A stretch of DNA of 64,000 nucleotides from an uncultured Gammaproteobacteria bacterium (GCA_964504535.1 CAZDED010000006.1:6409-70408); one strand, 5' to 3'. Positions 42,464-51,565 are shown, counted from the first letter of the stretch. The notes: a model not told the origin generated them from the sequence alone. Numbers and translations: made by a program.

Positions 42464-43390
42464 TTAACCTGGGATTTTCAAATCTGCGTATAATAGTTCG
42501 TTTCTCGTGGAAAATGAGGCTATTGCACGATCTCGTCCAGTATTTTTAGCTCTTAAAACGGCACTACTAGCGCGTTCTTTCAGAATTTCTGGATCATCAC
42601 CTATCTGATAACGTGAAAGTCCAAAGCTGAGGCTTATTTTTCGTGGGGGAACAACTTCCGGAGTATCACTTAGATGATCTCCTGGTTTTGCTTCACGCAA
42701 TAAATTTTCGGAAAGATCTTTAAAAGTAGTTGAATATCTTTCTAAGATAGTTCTAAGTTTGGCTTCATCAGAAGCATCCTCGTCTCCACTTTCTATTTCG
42801 TTTAGGTCAACTATGAGAGCGAATTCTTCTCCACCAACCCGCGCTAATTCTTCCTGGTCTTTCTTAACCATTGCTATTAATTTTATAACTTTGTCACCAA
42901 TTTGGTGTCCATAGGCTGAATTAACGTCTTTAAATTTATCAAGATCCATATATACTAACCACAATTTCGAATTACTCGTATTATTTTTAGGTTCTGCAAT
43001 CTTATTTTTTAGTTCTTGTTCAAACCAAACTTTATTCCTAAGTCCGGTTAGACCGTCTCTTGTTAATTTTTCTTCAAGAGTCTTTAGTGCCTTTTCTTTT
43101 GCGTTCGCACTTTCTGCTGCTTGACGCGATCTTTCAGCCAAATGCTGCTGTGTTGCAACAAGACTCTTTCTAGCATCATCTTGAGAGATTTGTTCTTTTT
43201 TTAACTTTGTTAGTAAGACATCTGTGCTAGTTTGCCTATCTATATCTTCCATTGCGTTTTTTACTAGTTCCAGGTGAGGTTTTTCTTCCTGCGCTGGTGA
43301 CTTAAATCTACCAAGAAATGTGTCAATTTTCGCAGCGTCTTTTGAGGGAGTAAAAGGATTCTCTTCTTTAGTGCTATCAACATCTGACAT
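42464..43390 (-). CDS. GGDEF-domain protein (putative diguanylate cyclase) with N-terminal coiled coil
   Basis: The GGDEF-domain motifs LTGLRNKVWF, DLDKFKDVN and RVGGEEF (an intact GGEEF active-site motif) are present. No RxxD I-site and no TM segment were seen. Confidence 0.75.
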   Translation of the reverse strand: MSDVDSTKEENPFTPSKDAAKIDTFLGRFKSPAQEEKPHLELVKNAMEDIDRQTSTDVLLTKLKKEQISQDDARKSLVATQQHLAERSRQAAESANAKEKALKTLEEKLTRDGLTGLRNKVWFEQELKNKIAEPKNNTSNSKLWLVYMDLDKFKDVNSAYGHQIGDKVIKLIAMVKKDQEELARVGGEEFALIVDLNEIESGDEDASDEAKLRTILERYSTTFKDLSENLLREAKPGDHLSDTPEVVPPRKISLSFGLSRYQIGDDPEILKERASSAVLRAKNTGRDRAIASFSTRNELLYADLKIPG

Positions 43391-43394
43391 GCAA

Positions 43395-44732
43395 TCATTC
43401 TAGCATTTTAGAAAGCATATTTCTAATCTGATCTGTGTCTTTTGCATCAGGTAGTGCCTGTTTTGTTTGGCCTATGAAAAAGCCTAAAAGCTGTACTTTG
43501 CCTGCTTTATAGTCCGCCACTTGCTGCGGATTTTTATCAAGTATTTGTTTTATCGTTTCCTTCAATTTTTCTTCATCAAAACTTACAACCGTACTTTGTT
43601 CGACAATTATTTTTACCAAGGAAGCGGGGAGTACTTCGTCAACATTTGGTTTCTTGTTGATGATCCAGTTGGCTACGGTCTTGCCATCAACTTTGTGTTC
43701 CGTCCCTACCTTAACCGCCTCTTCAAAATAACTAGCCAAACCGACTTCACGTGTTAAAATCTCCGCATTGTATTCGGTAAGCTCGAACTCTTTAGTAAAA
43801 CGTGCTGCTTTTTCATTTGGTAACTCTGGGATCTCTTGTCTTAGCCCTTCTAGCTTCTGACTACTGATTTCAATGGGTGGAATATCAGGTTCAGGGAAAT
43901 ATCTATAGTCATGTGCTTCTTCTTTTGATCTTTGACTCACAGTTTTGTTTTTAAACTCATTCCAGCCGCGTGTTTCTTGAACCGGAATTTCTCCTTTATC
44001 TAAAATTTCTTTATGTCTTTTTTCCTCGAATCGGATTGCTTTGTCAACAAATATAAATGAGTTAATATTTTTAACCTCAACCTTGTATTTTGCAAGTTCT
44101 TTTTGTCCAACTGGGCGAAGTGAGATGTTCGGTTCAAGTCTCATGTGCCCTTTTTCCATCGCAGCATCACTGACCCCAAGATAACGGATGATTTTTTGAA
44201 GTTCTGTAAGAAATATCTTTGCTTCTTCACCGGATCTAATGTCAGGCTCAGTAACAATTTCTACAAGTGGGACTCCGGAGCGGTTGAAATCTATAAGAGA
44301 AACTTCTTTTCCGTCTACCGTTGAGTGTGAAAGTTTTCCTGTATCTTCCTCCATATGTACACGAGTAATTCCGATTCTTTTGGTTGTACCATTCATCTGA
44401 ATATCTAGATATCCTTTCTCACCAAATGGATGAAGAAATTGTGATGTTTGAAAACCCTTTGCCAAATCTGGATAGAAATAGTTTTTGCGTTCAAAGAATG
44501 ACTCTTTATTTATTGCGCAATTAAGAGCTAGTCCGATTTGGATACAGGAGTCAATTGCTTTCGTGTTGGGGAAAGGTAAAGCGCCAGGAAGCCCAAGACA
44601 AATTGGGCAAGTTCTTGTATTTGGTTTGTCAGACAATGTCGGAACTGAGCATCGACAAAACATTTTTGTTGTTGTTGATAGTTCGACGTGGATCTCCATG
44701 CCAACTACCGTTTCATAACTAGTGTTTTTCAT
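43395..44732 (-). CDS. gatB: Asp-tRNA(Asn)/Glu-tRNA(Gln) amidotransferase subunit B
   Basis: The GatB N-terminal motif VVGMEIHVEL...CRCS is present and the gene lies downstream of gatA. Confidence 0.9.
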   Translation of the reverse strand: MKNTSYETVVGMEIHVELSTTTKMFCRCSVPTLSDKPNTRTCPICLGLPGALPFPNTKAIDSCIQIGLALNCAINKESFFERKNYFYPDLAKGFQTSQFLHPFGEKGYLDIQMNGTTKRIGITRVHMEEDTGKLSHSTVDGKEVSLIDFNRSGVPLVEIVTEPDIRSGEEAKIFLTELQKIIRYLGVSDAAMEKGHMRLEPNISLRPVGQKELAKYKVEVKNINSFIFVDKAIRFEEKRHKEILDKGEIPVQETRGWNEFKNKTVSQRSKEEAHDYRYFPEPDIPPIEISSQKLEGLRQEIPELPNEKAARFTKEFELTEYNAEILTREVGLASYFEEAVKVGTEHKVDGKTVANWIINKKPNVDEVLPASLVKIIVEQSTVVSFDEEKLKETIKQILDKNPQQVADYKAGKVQLLGFFIGQTKQALPDAKDTDQIRNMLSKMLE

Positions 44733-44752
44733 AATAGTTAATTCTTAGTACT

Positions 44753-46174
44753 TCATTCTAATTTTGGAGTTTCTCTCCAAAATTTAGTTTCTTGCTCGAA
44801 TGCATATCCTACTTGGAAAAGCAGTGCTTCAGAAAAGTGTGGGCCCAAGAACTGTATACCTATTGGAAGTTTTTCTTTGCTGAACCCTGCAGGTACTGCA
44901 AGGCTAGGAACTCCGGCAAGGTTTACTGTGACTGTCAAAGCATCTGATAGGTACATAGCGAGTGGATCATTTACTTTTTCACCGAATTTCCAAGGGGGAG
45001 TAGGGCTGACTGGAGAAACCAGGATGTCAATCTTTTTATAAGCTTCATCAAAATCTTGTTTTATCAAAGTTCTAACCTGCATGGCTTTTTTGTAGTAAGC
45101 ATCGTAATAGCCAGACGAAAGCGTATATGTTCCAAGCATTATTCTCCTCTTTGCTTCTTTTCCGAAAAATGATCTGTCATTTCCAAATCGTATCCCATCA
45201 TATCTTGCCAAATTTGATGACACTTCTGATGGTTGGACTATGTAATAAACTGCAATCCCTTCATCCGTATGTGGTAGTGAAACATCTATGATTTCAGCAC
45301 CAAGCTTTTGAAGGGTATTAAGACTGTTTTCGAAAACGACTTTAACTTCAGGGGATAATCCCTTTTCTACATATTCTTTGGGTACTCCGATTCGTAGACC
45401 AGTAATTTCCTTACCTAAATTTGCTGTGTAATCCTCTTTTTCTCTATCAGCTACAGTAGCATCATACCCGTCAGATCCGGAGGTAATATTAAGGATTTGC
45501 GCACTATCTGAGACAGTTTTTGAAAAATGACCGATGCTATCTAAGGATGATGCCATTGAAATGACTCCATATCTGCTAACAAGTCCGTAAGTTGGCTTGA
45601 GCCCAACGGTATTGGTAAAAGATGCAGGAAGTCGTATAGAGCCACCAGTGTCAGTACCGGTTGCAAATGGTATCATAGAAGCTGCTACAGATGCGCTTGA
45701 ACCCGATGACGATCCTCCAGGGACATACTCGTTATTCCAAGGATTTAACGTCGGACCAAAATCAGAATTTTCACCACTGGACCCATGTGCCCAGGCGTCG
45801 TGGTTGAGTTTTCCTAAAGAAATTGCGCCGGAAGTCTCTAATCTATCGATTGTTGTTGCACTATAAGCAGGAATATAATCTCGCAAAACATTTGATGCTG
45901 CCGTTGTCCTAACGCCTTTTGTAAGGAACATGTCTTTAATTCCGAAGGGCACTCCAAATAGAGGAGATGCGTTAACGGGTTCACGAGTTAACGAGTTATC
46001 AAGTTCCAGAGCCTTTTTCTTGGCGTTGTCAGAATCAATTGTTATAAATGCATTAAGGGTGGGATTTAGTTGCTCGATCCGCTCAAGATATGCGTTAACG
46101 ATTTCACTGACAGAAAACGTTTTCTTTTTATACCCCTCCAGTATGTCTGCAATTGTTAAATCTTTTATGTCCAT
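44753..46174 (-). CDS. gatA: Asp-tRNA(Asn)/Glu-tRNA(Gln) amidotransferase subunit A
   Basis: The amidase signature (GGSSSGSSASVAA) is present and the gene lies between gatC and gatB. Confidence 0.9.
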   Translation of the reverse strand: MDIKDLTIADILEGYKKKTFSVSEIVNAYLERIEQLNPTLNAFITIDSDNAKKKALELDNSLTREPVNASPLFGVPFGIKDMFLTKGVRTTAASNVLRDYIPAYSATTIDRLETSGAISLGKLNHDAWAHGSSGENSDFGPTLNPWNNEYVPGGSSSGSSASVAASMIPFATGTDTGGSIRLPASFTNTVGLKPTYGLVSRYGVISMASSLDSIGHFSKTVSDSAQILNITSGSDGYDATVADREKEDYTANLGKEITGLRIGVPKEYVEKGLSPEVKVVFENSLNTLQKLGAEIIDVSLPHTDEGIAVYYIVQPSEVSSNLARYDGIRFGNDRSFFGKEAKRRIMLGTYTLSSGYYDAYYKKAMQVRTLIKQDFDEAYKKIDILVSPVSPTPPWKFGEKVNDPLAMYLSDALTVTVNLAGVPSLAVPAGFSKEKLPIGIQFLGPHFSEALLFQVGYAFEQETKFWRETPKLE

Positions 46175-46211
46175 ACAATTTTAACCACTAACTTCTAACT
46201 ACTAACTTCTG

Positions 46212-46541
46212 TTACGGCGTGGTATCGACAAGCTTATCAACCTTAAACAACCCATTATATGTTGTTTTTGCACCAGAAAGGGCATCTTCAACAGACAGAG
46301 TGTCACCTGCAAAGCTATCATTTCGTGTAACATTTTTAAGACCCGTGACTTGAGCAGTGGGCTCAATATTTGAAGTATCAACAGCATTGAGTTTTTTTAT
46401 ATACCCAATAACATCGTTCAGTTGGTTCTGTATTTCCAAATGTTCTTCTTCAGTAAAAGTTAAATTAGCTAATTTTGCGACGTTTCTAGTATCAATATAC
46501 GTAATGTTTGCTGTTCCGGAGATTGTCTTCTGTTGTTTCAT
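46212..46541 (-). CDS. gatC: Asp-tRNA(Asn)/Glu-tRNA(Gln) amidotransferase subunit C
   Basis: The ~100-aa protein carries the motif VAKLANLTFTEEE...NAVDTSNIEP and is the first gene of the gatCAB block. Confidence 0.8.
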   Translation of the reverse strand: MKQQKTISGTANITYIDTRNVAKLANLTFTEEEHLEIQNQLNDVIGYIKKLNAVDTSNIEPTAQVTGLKNVTRNDSFAGDTLSVEDALSGAKTTYNGLFKVDKLVDTTP

Positions 46542-46550
46542 TTCATCCCA

Positions 46551-46579
46551 ATTATATTGTGTTGAGGCTAATCTGACAA
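46551..46579 (-). promoter_or_regulatory. putative sigma70-type promoter (TTGTCA-17-TATAAT), 9 nt upstream of the gatC ATG
   Basis: The minus strand reads TTGTCAgattagcctcaacacaaTATAATtgggatgaaATG. Confidence 0.5.
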
Positions 46580-46916
46580 GGGTTAAACTGAAGTTTTAAA
46601 CTTGTTTTATAGTGTAGATACTTACCATCCGTTTATGGATTCAATAGACTCAAACCCCCTAGCCCCGAAGTTCGATGAGATTGTTGATCAAATCCATTCT
46701 CATTATGAATAATTCACTACTGTAATCCAGAGTACTGTAGTATATTTATCTTTTAATGTCTGATCTTTTAATTCCTGAGTACTCTTTTCGCCGATTTGGA
46801 ATTGGTGATAGGCTTACTTCACGAAATCTTTTTGATTTATATTCTTTTTCCACTTTTTTTCTTCTTGCTGAAACAAGTTGAAAACATTTTGGAAAACTTG
46901 CAATTTGCTTTGCGAC

Positions 46917-47156
46917 TCATGCAATAGTAGAGTAACCTACATTAGAAATCTGCACTATCTCTTTATATTTTCCTTCATTTCTCAGAGCGTCTGCAACCAG
47001 AATTCTTCGTCCCATTTTTAATTTTTCGTCCTCAGTCAGTAAACCATTTATTATTTCAGTAACTTCTCTGCCATCTTTTGCTGCTAGAAAAGCATCGCGC
47101 AAACGGTTAAGAGCCTCGTATGTATCAGAAGTAGTTAAGAACCCATATCTTCTCAC
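46917..47156 (-). pseudogene. TrpR/YerC-YecD-like small HTH regulator, apparently truncated by an in-frame TGA inside the recognition helix
   Basis: The 79-aa ORF ends ...VQISNVGYSTIA with TGA at the position where TrpR/YerC carry a conserved Arg (GxxxATI(S/T)R, recalled from memory). The frame stays open for 56 more codons (VAKQIASFPK...) down to 46749. Confidence 0.45.
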
Positions 47157-47278
47157 CTATAAATAATACAGCACTCCAGATTACTGTAGCAACATTGGAG
47201 GTACGATTTGAAAAATATTCATTTATCTTTATGAGAGACTAAATGAAAACTTTTTAAAAAAAACTTGGACTGAAATCG

Positions 47279-47307
47279 TTGACTTTTAGCCACACGCAGC
47301 CTATAAT
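47279..47307 (+). promoter_or_regulatory. near-consensus sigma70-type promoter (TTGACT-17-TATAAT), 6 nt upstream of the ATG at 47314, implying a leaderless transcript
   Basis: The sequence reads TTGACTtttagccacacgcagccTATAATaattacATG. Confidence 0.55.
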
Positions 47308-47313
47308 AATTAC

Positions 47314-48474
47314 ATGACCGAAGCATATGATAGTTCTCAAAGACCAGCAGAGCTAAGATCGGCAGCTGCCGCTTTGCCCTCACTATCTCTTGTTGAGATG
47401 GCTGACTTGCCCATAACCGATATAGATGGTATTCCTAAGGAAAGCGACAGAGACCTTTATGAAGAGAAGTTGTTTGAAGGAATAGATTTTAGATATCAAG
47501 GATGTCCATTTTCAAATAGTCCTAGTAGATTTCCTAATGGAGCTCCTCATGAAATACCAATCAGTGGGTTGGAGCGTGATAGGTTGTCTGAAAATTATTA
47601 TGAAATACTTGGCAATCTTCAGATGGTGCGTGATTACTATATCGACAATACGCGGCCGGAGAGTGAGAGGAATAAGCCACTTTCGATTGTTGAGATGAGG
47701 GACATACTAATGACTTTAAATTATGCAGCTAATTATTTGGTTTATCGCAGCGCTAATCCCGTTGACGCTTATGGTAAATTGCCCACAGATTTACTCGTTA
47801 TGTCAAATGTTGCTGCGGGGTCGCTTGCTGCTTTGAGCGTGCAGATGATTGTTTTGAAGAATGAAGGAAAAGATAGTATCGATGCAGTTCCTGATCCAGA
47901 AGTTATGGTTGAGGAATCTGAGAAAATGGGAAAAATGGTTGGTGGGAAGACGGTGTGTGCAGCGTCACCAGAGCTTATGGTGCATTTTTTTAAGGCTGTA
48001 ATTGATGGCCCCAGTAAGATAGAAGAAGGATCATTGTTAAAATATATTGACAATTCAGAGTTGCCACAACTATTTGCTTACGGAAAAGCAATGTATGAGG
48101 GTGCAGGCTCAGTTGCGAGCTTGAGAGAGGTAGATCGCTCCATTTTGATTCTCCTTGATGTTAAATACAGAGAAAAGGACTGGGTGAACTTCAATGAAAT
48201 TAGTGTTGATTATATGGTGCATGCATTCAAAGAGATTGCTCTTATTCTTCATGACCAAGCTGTAGCAAATCAAGCATTGGGAAGACGGGTAGAAGAAAGT
48301 TCAAAAGTCCCTTTCGACGAGATTATACATAACCTGGATCTTAAAGGAGCAATTACGGTAAGAAATCTATTGGATGCTAGGAAACAAAGTCCGCTAAAAA
48401 CGCAAAATGTTACTATTCCAAAAAATAGTGATCGTCAAAAAGCTTCAACAAGACGAAAAAAATACCTCAAATAA
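47314..48474 (+). CDS. hypothetical protein, unrecognised family (paralogue A)
   Basis: The 386-aa hydrophilic protein has no TM segment. It shares conserved blocks with the next ORF (CPFSxSxSRFPxGxPHExPxSGLERxRL, PLSIxExRDxL, YLVYR, TVCxxSPxxMxHFF). Confidence 0.6.
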   Translation: MTEAYDSSQRPAELRSAAAALPSLSLVEMADLPITDIDGIPKESDRDLYEEKLFEGIDFRYQGCPFSNSPSRFPNGAPHEIPISGLERDRLSENYYEILGNLQMVRDYYIDNTRPESERNKPLSIVEMRDILMTLNYAANYLVYRSANPVDAYGKLPTDLLVMSNVAAGSLAALSVQMIVLKNEGKDSIDAVPDPEVMVEESEKMGKMVGGKTVCAASPELMVHFFKAVIDGPSKIEEGSLLKYIDNSELPQLFAYGKAMYEGAGSVASLREVDRSILILLDVKYREKDWVNFNEISVDYMVHAFKEIALILHDQAVANQALGRRVEESSKVPFDEIIHNLDLKGAITVRNLLDARKQSPLKTQNVTIPKNSDRQKASTRRKKYLK

Positions 48475-48480
48475 TAATAC

Positions 48481-49521
48481 ATGTCTGAACAATTGGTCCA
48501 ATCAGAGGATGTTCCACAATTGGCGCCACCAGTACCATTTTTTGAAATGTATACGGCATACATTACTGATGTTACAGGTATTCCATTGGATAGTAACAGG
48601 AGTCAAGACAATCCACATACGACGAGTATAGATTTCGAATTACAAAAGTGTCCTTTTTCAGACAGCCAAAGTAGGTTTCCAGATGGAGTTCCCCATGAAA
48701 AACCTATGAGTGGCTTGGAAAGAAAAAGACTAAACGAGCACTACCAACAGAATTTGAGCGCATTTAAATACTTGAGGGATATTCTGATCACAGCACGGAA
48801 GGATGAGGATACTGCACGTCCACTGAGCATAAGAGAGACAAGGGATTTACTATCAGGTATGGCTTTTTTACCACATTACCTTGTGTATCGTGAAGAGAAC
48901 TCATTGGAATCAACTGGCCAAATACCTGTAGATATTATATTAGACTCATCCGTTGCGCGCGGAGCTCTGGTTGCTACAGAATTGTTTGTAAGAAATGAAG
49001 AATATTCAAATGTTGATATTGATTCAGCCAGTTTTGATCCAAAAATTCTCGTTGAGGATGCCGAAAAGGCAGGGATTATGGTGGGTGAACATACGGTTTG
49101 CGTTGTTTCTCCAAAGCAAATGGATCACTTCTTTCAAGTGATTATATTTGGAAATTCAATTGAATCAGGTTTGGGAAATATTGAAAACCTAGTTAAGCCT
49201 AACGAAGTTCAAAAGCTAGTCGAATTTGGGCTCTCGATGGCGGAATCGATCTTATTGATTTTAGAAATTAACGAAACAGACCACACTTTTTCAGAGGACA
49301 TCCTTCCTCTTCTTGAAGGAAATAAATCCAGCAAAGCCAAAGGTACTATTCAAGCATATAGAATGAACATGAATAACTATTTTAAGAATTTATTCCGGGC
49401 AAACAATCGGGCTTCCAAAGCTCTGGGTAGAAGATCACAGAAAAAATCGGAATTTGTACTTGCAACAATGGATAATTTAATGCTAATAGGAGAAACAGTC
49501 TTGGATGTAGTTATAAATTAG
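48481..49521 (+). CDS. hypothetical protein, unrecognised family (paralogue B of 47314..48474)
   Basis: The 346-aa protein is collinear with the upstream ORF at roughly 35-40% identity (estimated by eye). Its stop overlaps the gatD stop (TTAG). Confidence 0.6.
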   Translation: MSEQLVQSEDVPQLAPPVPFFEMYTAYITDVTGIPLDSNRSQDNPHTTSIDFELQKCPFSDSQSRFPDGVPHEKPMSGLERKRLNEHYQQNLSAFKYLRDILITARKDEDTARPLSIRETRDLLSGMAFLPHYLVYREENSLESTGQIPVDIILDSSVARGALVATELFVRNEEYSNVDIDSASFDPKILVEDAEKAGIMVGEHTVCVVSPKQMDHFFQVIIFGNSIESGLGNIENLVKPNEVQKLVEFGLSMAESILLILEINETDHTFSEDILPLLEGNKSSKAKGTIQAYRMNMNNYFKNLFRANNRASKALGRRSQKKSEFVLATMDNLMLIGETVLDVVIN

Positions 49522-50288
49522 GAATAAATACTAGTTCTTGTTAACATTTTTGCTTTGGCTTTTTTTGAAAGATCATTCTCAAATCTGAAGGTAATTTTTT
49601 TCCCGTATTTTTTCTCATACGCAAGTTGAAGCAGATACACGGCAAGTTCGGGATTTGATGGAAGGATAGGGCCATGAAGGTAGGTTCCGATCGAATTTTT
49701 ATAATGTATTCCCTCAGTTTTGTCCTCTCCATTATTACCATAACCTTTCTCAACGGTGGCAAATGCTTGAGATTTGTCAGAAAGATATGTTCTCCCTCCA
49801 TGGTTCTCAAAACCTACAAAACTGTACGCTGTCCCCTGTCCCCTGAACACTATTTGTGAGTTAATTACTGAATTTCCGATTAGGCGGGGTTTGTTTTTGT
49901 GACTTTCTGTGTACATATCAAAGACTCCGAGTCCGTCAATTGTTGTTCCATATGCGTCTTTATAATAATTCCCCAGGAATTGGAATGCACCACAAATATA
50001 GAGTCCGGGGGTTCCTTCATCAATCATTCTTTTTAAAATACTTCCTTTATTTTCCAATAAATCCTTATTAACAATTTCTTGTTGCAGGTCTTGAGCTCCA
50101 CCCATAAATATTAAATTACAAGAAGTCAGAAGTTCGGAGTTAGAAGTTTGGTTGATTCTAACTATTTCAGCCTCAATTCCGTTATCTTCAGCTATTTTTT
50201 GAAGAACAATAATGTTGCCCCTGTCTCCATATGTGGACATAAGTTCAGGGTAAAGCCAGGCAATTTTAAGTAAGGGTTTAGTTGTCAT
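49518..50288 (-). CDS. gatD: lipid II isoglutaminyl synthase, glutaminase subunit (CobQ/CobB-type GATase)
   Basis: The catalytic Cys (LYICGAFQFLG) and His (YLHGPILP) regions are present in a 256-aa protein. The gene is 4-bp overlap-coupled to murT. Confidence 0.75.
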   Translation of the reverse strand: MTTKPLLKIAWLYPELMSTYGDRGNIIVLQKIAEDNGIEAEIVRINQTSNSELLTSCNLIFMGGAQDLQQEIVNKDLLENKGSILKRMIDEGTPGLYICGAFQFLGNYYKDAYGTTIDGLGVFDMYTESHKNKPRLIGNSVINSQIVFRGQGTAYSFVGFENHGGRTYLSDKSQAFATVEKGYGNNGEDKTEGIHYKNSIGTYLHGPILPSNPELAVYLLQLAYEKKYGKKITFRFENDLSKKAKAKMLTRTSIYS

Positions 50289-51565
50289 AAAATACTTTTT
50301 CCACTTATTAATTTTCTTACTTCAAGCATTGCTGAGTATGTTGGTAAAATTGTAAGTGTTTTGCCAATGGGTGTTTGTTTCAAGCATTGACCGTATGCGT
50401 CTTCGTAGCTCTCAAAAACTTCATGAGTTATTCCTGCAAATAAAAGCCTATTTGCCATATCATATGCCCTGTCACCAGAGACGAAAACCTTTATTTTTTC
50501 TTTTTGCAGTATCTCAAAATCTACGTCCCAAATCCATGATATGTCGCGTCCATCAGGAATTCTATCATTAAGTAAGATAAGAATTGAGCTGCTTTTGTTT
50601 TCGATGGCAACTTTTAGGCTTTCATTAAATCCCGTAGGGTTTTTCGAGAGTAACAGCATGACCCTTTTTTCTTCAGCTTCAATTATTTCTTGTCTGCCGA
50701 AGGCTGCCTTGAAGGTTTTTAAATACTCAATAGATGTAAATGGAAGTATGCCAAATATTTTATCAGCAGTAAGAATTGCCGCAGTCAAATTATAGATATT
50801 GTAAGAACCAAAAAGATGGGTTTGAAAGGAATAATATTTACCTTTTGGATTGGAAAATACACAGTTGCTACATTTGTAGTTTCCGAGATGTGAATAGGCG
50901 ATACCGGAATAAAGCAGTGGACGGTTGCATCTTGGACAGGTGGTCGAATCAACAGCATGAGAAAGTAAGGCCCCTTTTTTAAAAGTGTTGTCGATTGTAA
51001 AGTATGCTTTATTTATCGCAAAACTTGCAACGTGAGCTATTTGTGGGTCATCAGCATTTGCAATCACAACAGTTTTGTCTGTAAGTTTTTTTATTGAGCT
51101 GACCCATTTTTCAGAGGTAGCATTTACCTCTCCGTATCTATCCAGCTGGTCTCTGAATAGGTTGAGTAATAATATGGCTTCTGGATGTGGAATTTCTGAG
51201 AGTACGAGAGGAAGCGAGTTCTCATCCACCTCAAATATCAGTACTTTTTCAGATATGGTTCCGACGAGATCAGACTTCAAGACAAGCGTAGAGGCTAGTC
51301 CATTAAGAAGATTTGCGCCTGAATTATTGGTGATTACAGTTGTGTCACTGGCCTCTAAAATATGAGTGAGCGCTTTGGTTGTAGTTGTTTTGCCATTTGT
51401 TCCTGCAATAAGAATTATTTTGAGATGAGGATTTTTAACAATTATTTTTCGGATAAATGCCTTGTCAGTCTTTAAAGCGATGTGACCCGGCCATGTGGAG
51501 CCCGATCGTCCTTTCATTTGGGAAACCTTACCAACAATCTTTCCAGCAAGAAGTGTGTGACGCAT
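50285..51565 (-). CDS. murT: lipid II isoglutaminyl synthase, Mur-ligase-like subunit
   Basis: A Mur ligase P-loop (IAGTNGKTTTTKAL), a Cys4 zinc ribbon (CPRCN...CSNC) and a DUF1727-like C-terminus are present. Confidence 0.75.
   Translation of the reverse strand: MRHTLLAGKIVGKVSQMKGRSGSTWPGHIALKTDKAFIRKIIVKNPHLKIILIAGTNGKTTTTKALTHILEASDTTVITNNSGANLLNGLASTLVLKSDLVGTISEKVLIFEVDENSLPLVLSEIPHPEAILLLNLFRDQLDRYGEVNATSEKWVSSIKKLTDKTVVIANADDPQIAHVASFAINKAYFTIDNTFKKGALLSHAVDSTTCPRCNRPLLYSGIAYSHLGNYKCSNCVFSNPKGKYYSFQTHLFGSYNIYNLTAAILTADKIFGILPFTSIEYLKTFKAAFGRQEIIEAEEKRVMLLLSKNPTGFNESLKVAIENKSSSILILLNDRIPDGRDISWIWDVDFEILQKEKIKVFVSGDRAYDMANRLLFAGITHEVFESYEDAYGQCLKQTPIGKTLTILPTYSAMLEVRKLISGKSIL

Noticed and set aside
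46580-46720. Possible structured ncRNA in the 376-bp gatC / TrpR-like intergenic region (a long-range TGGATT...AATCCA pairing and small hairpins).
   Set aside because: It matches no ncRNA family I recognise (tmRNA, RNase P, SRP, 6S, riboswitch cores). The pairings are short and AT-rich and could arise by chance. The region also holds the gatC promoter and the extended HTH reading frame.
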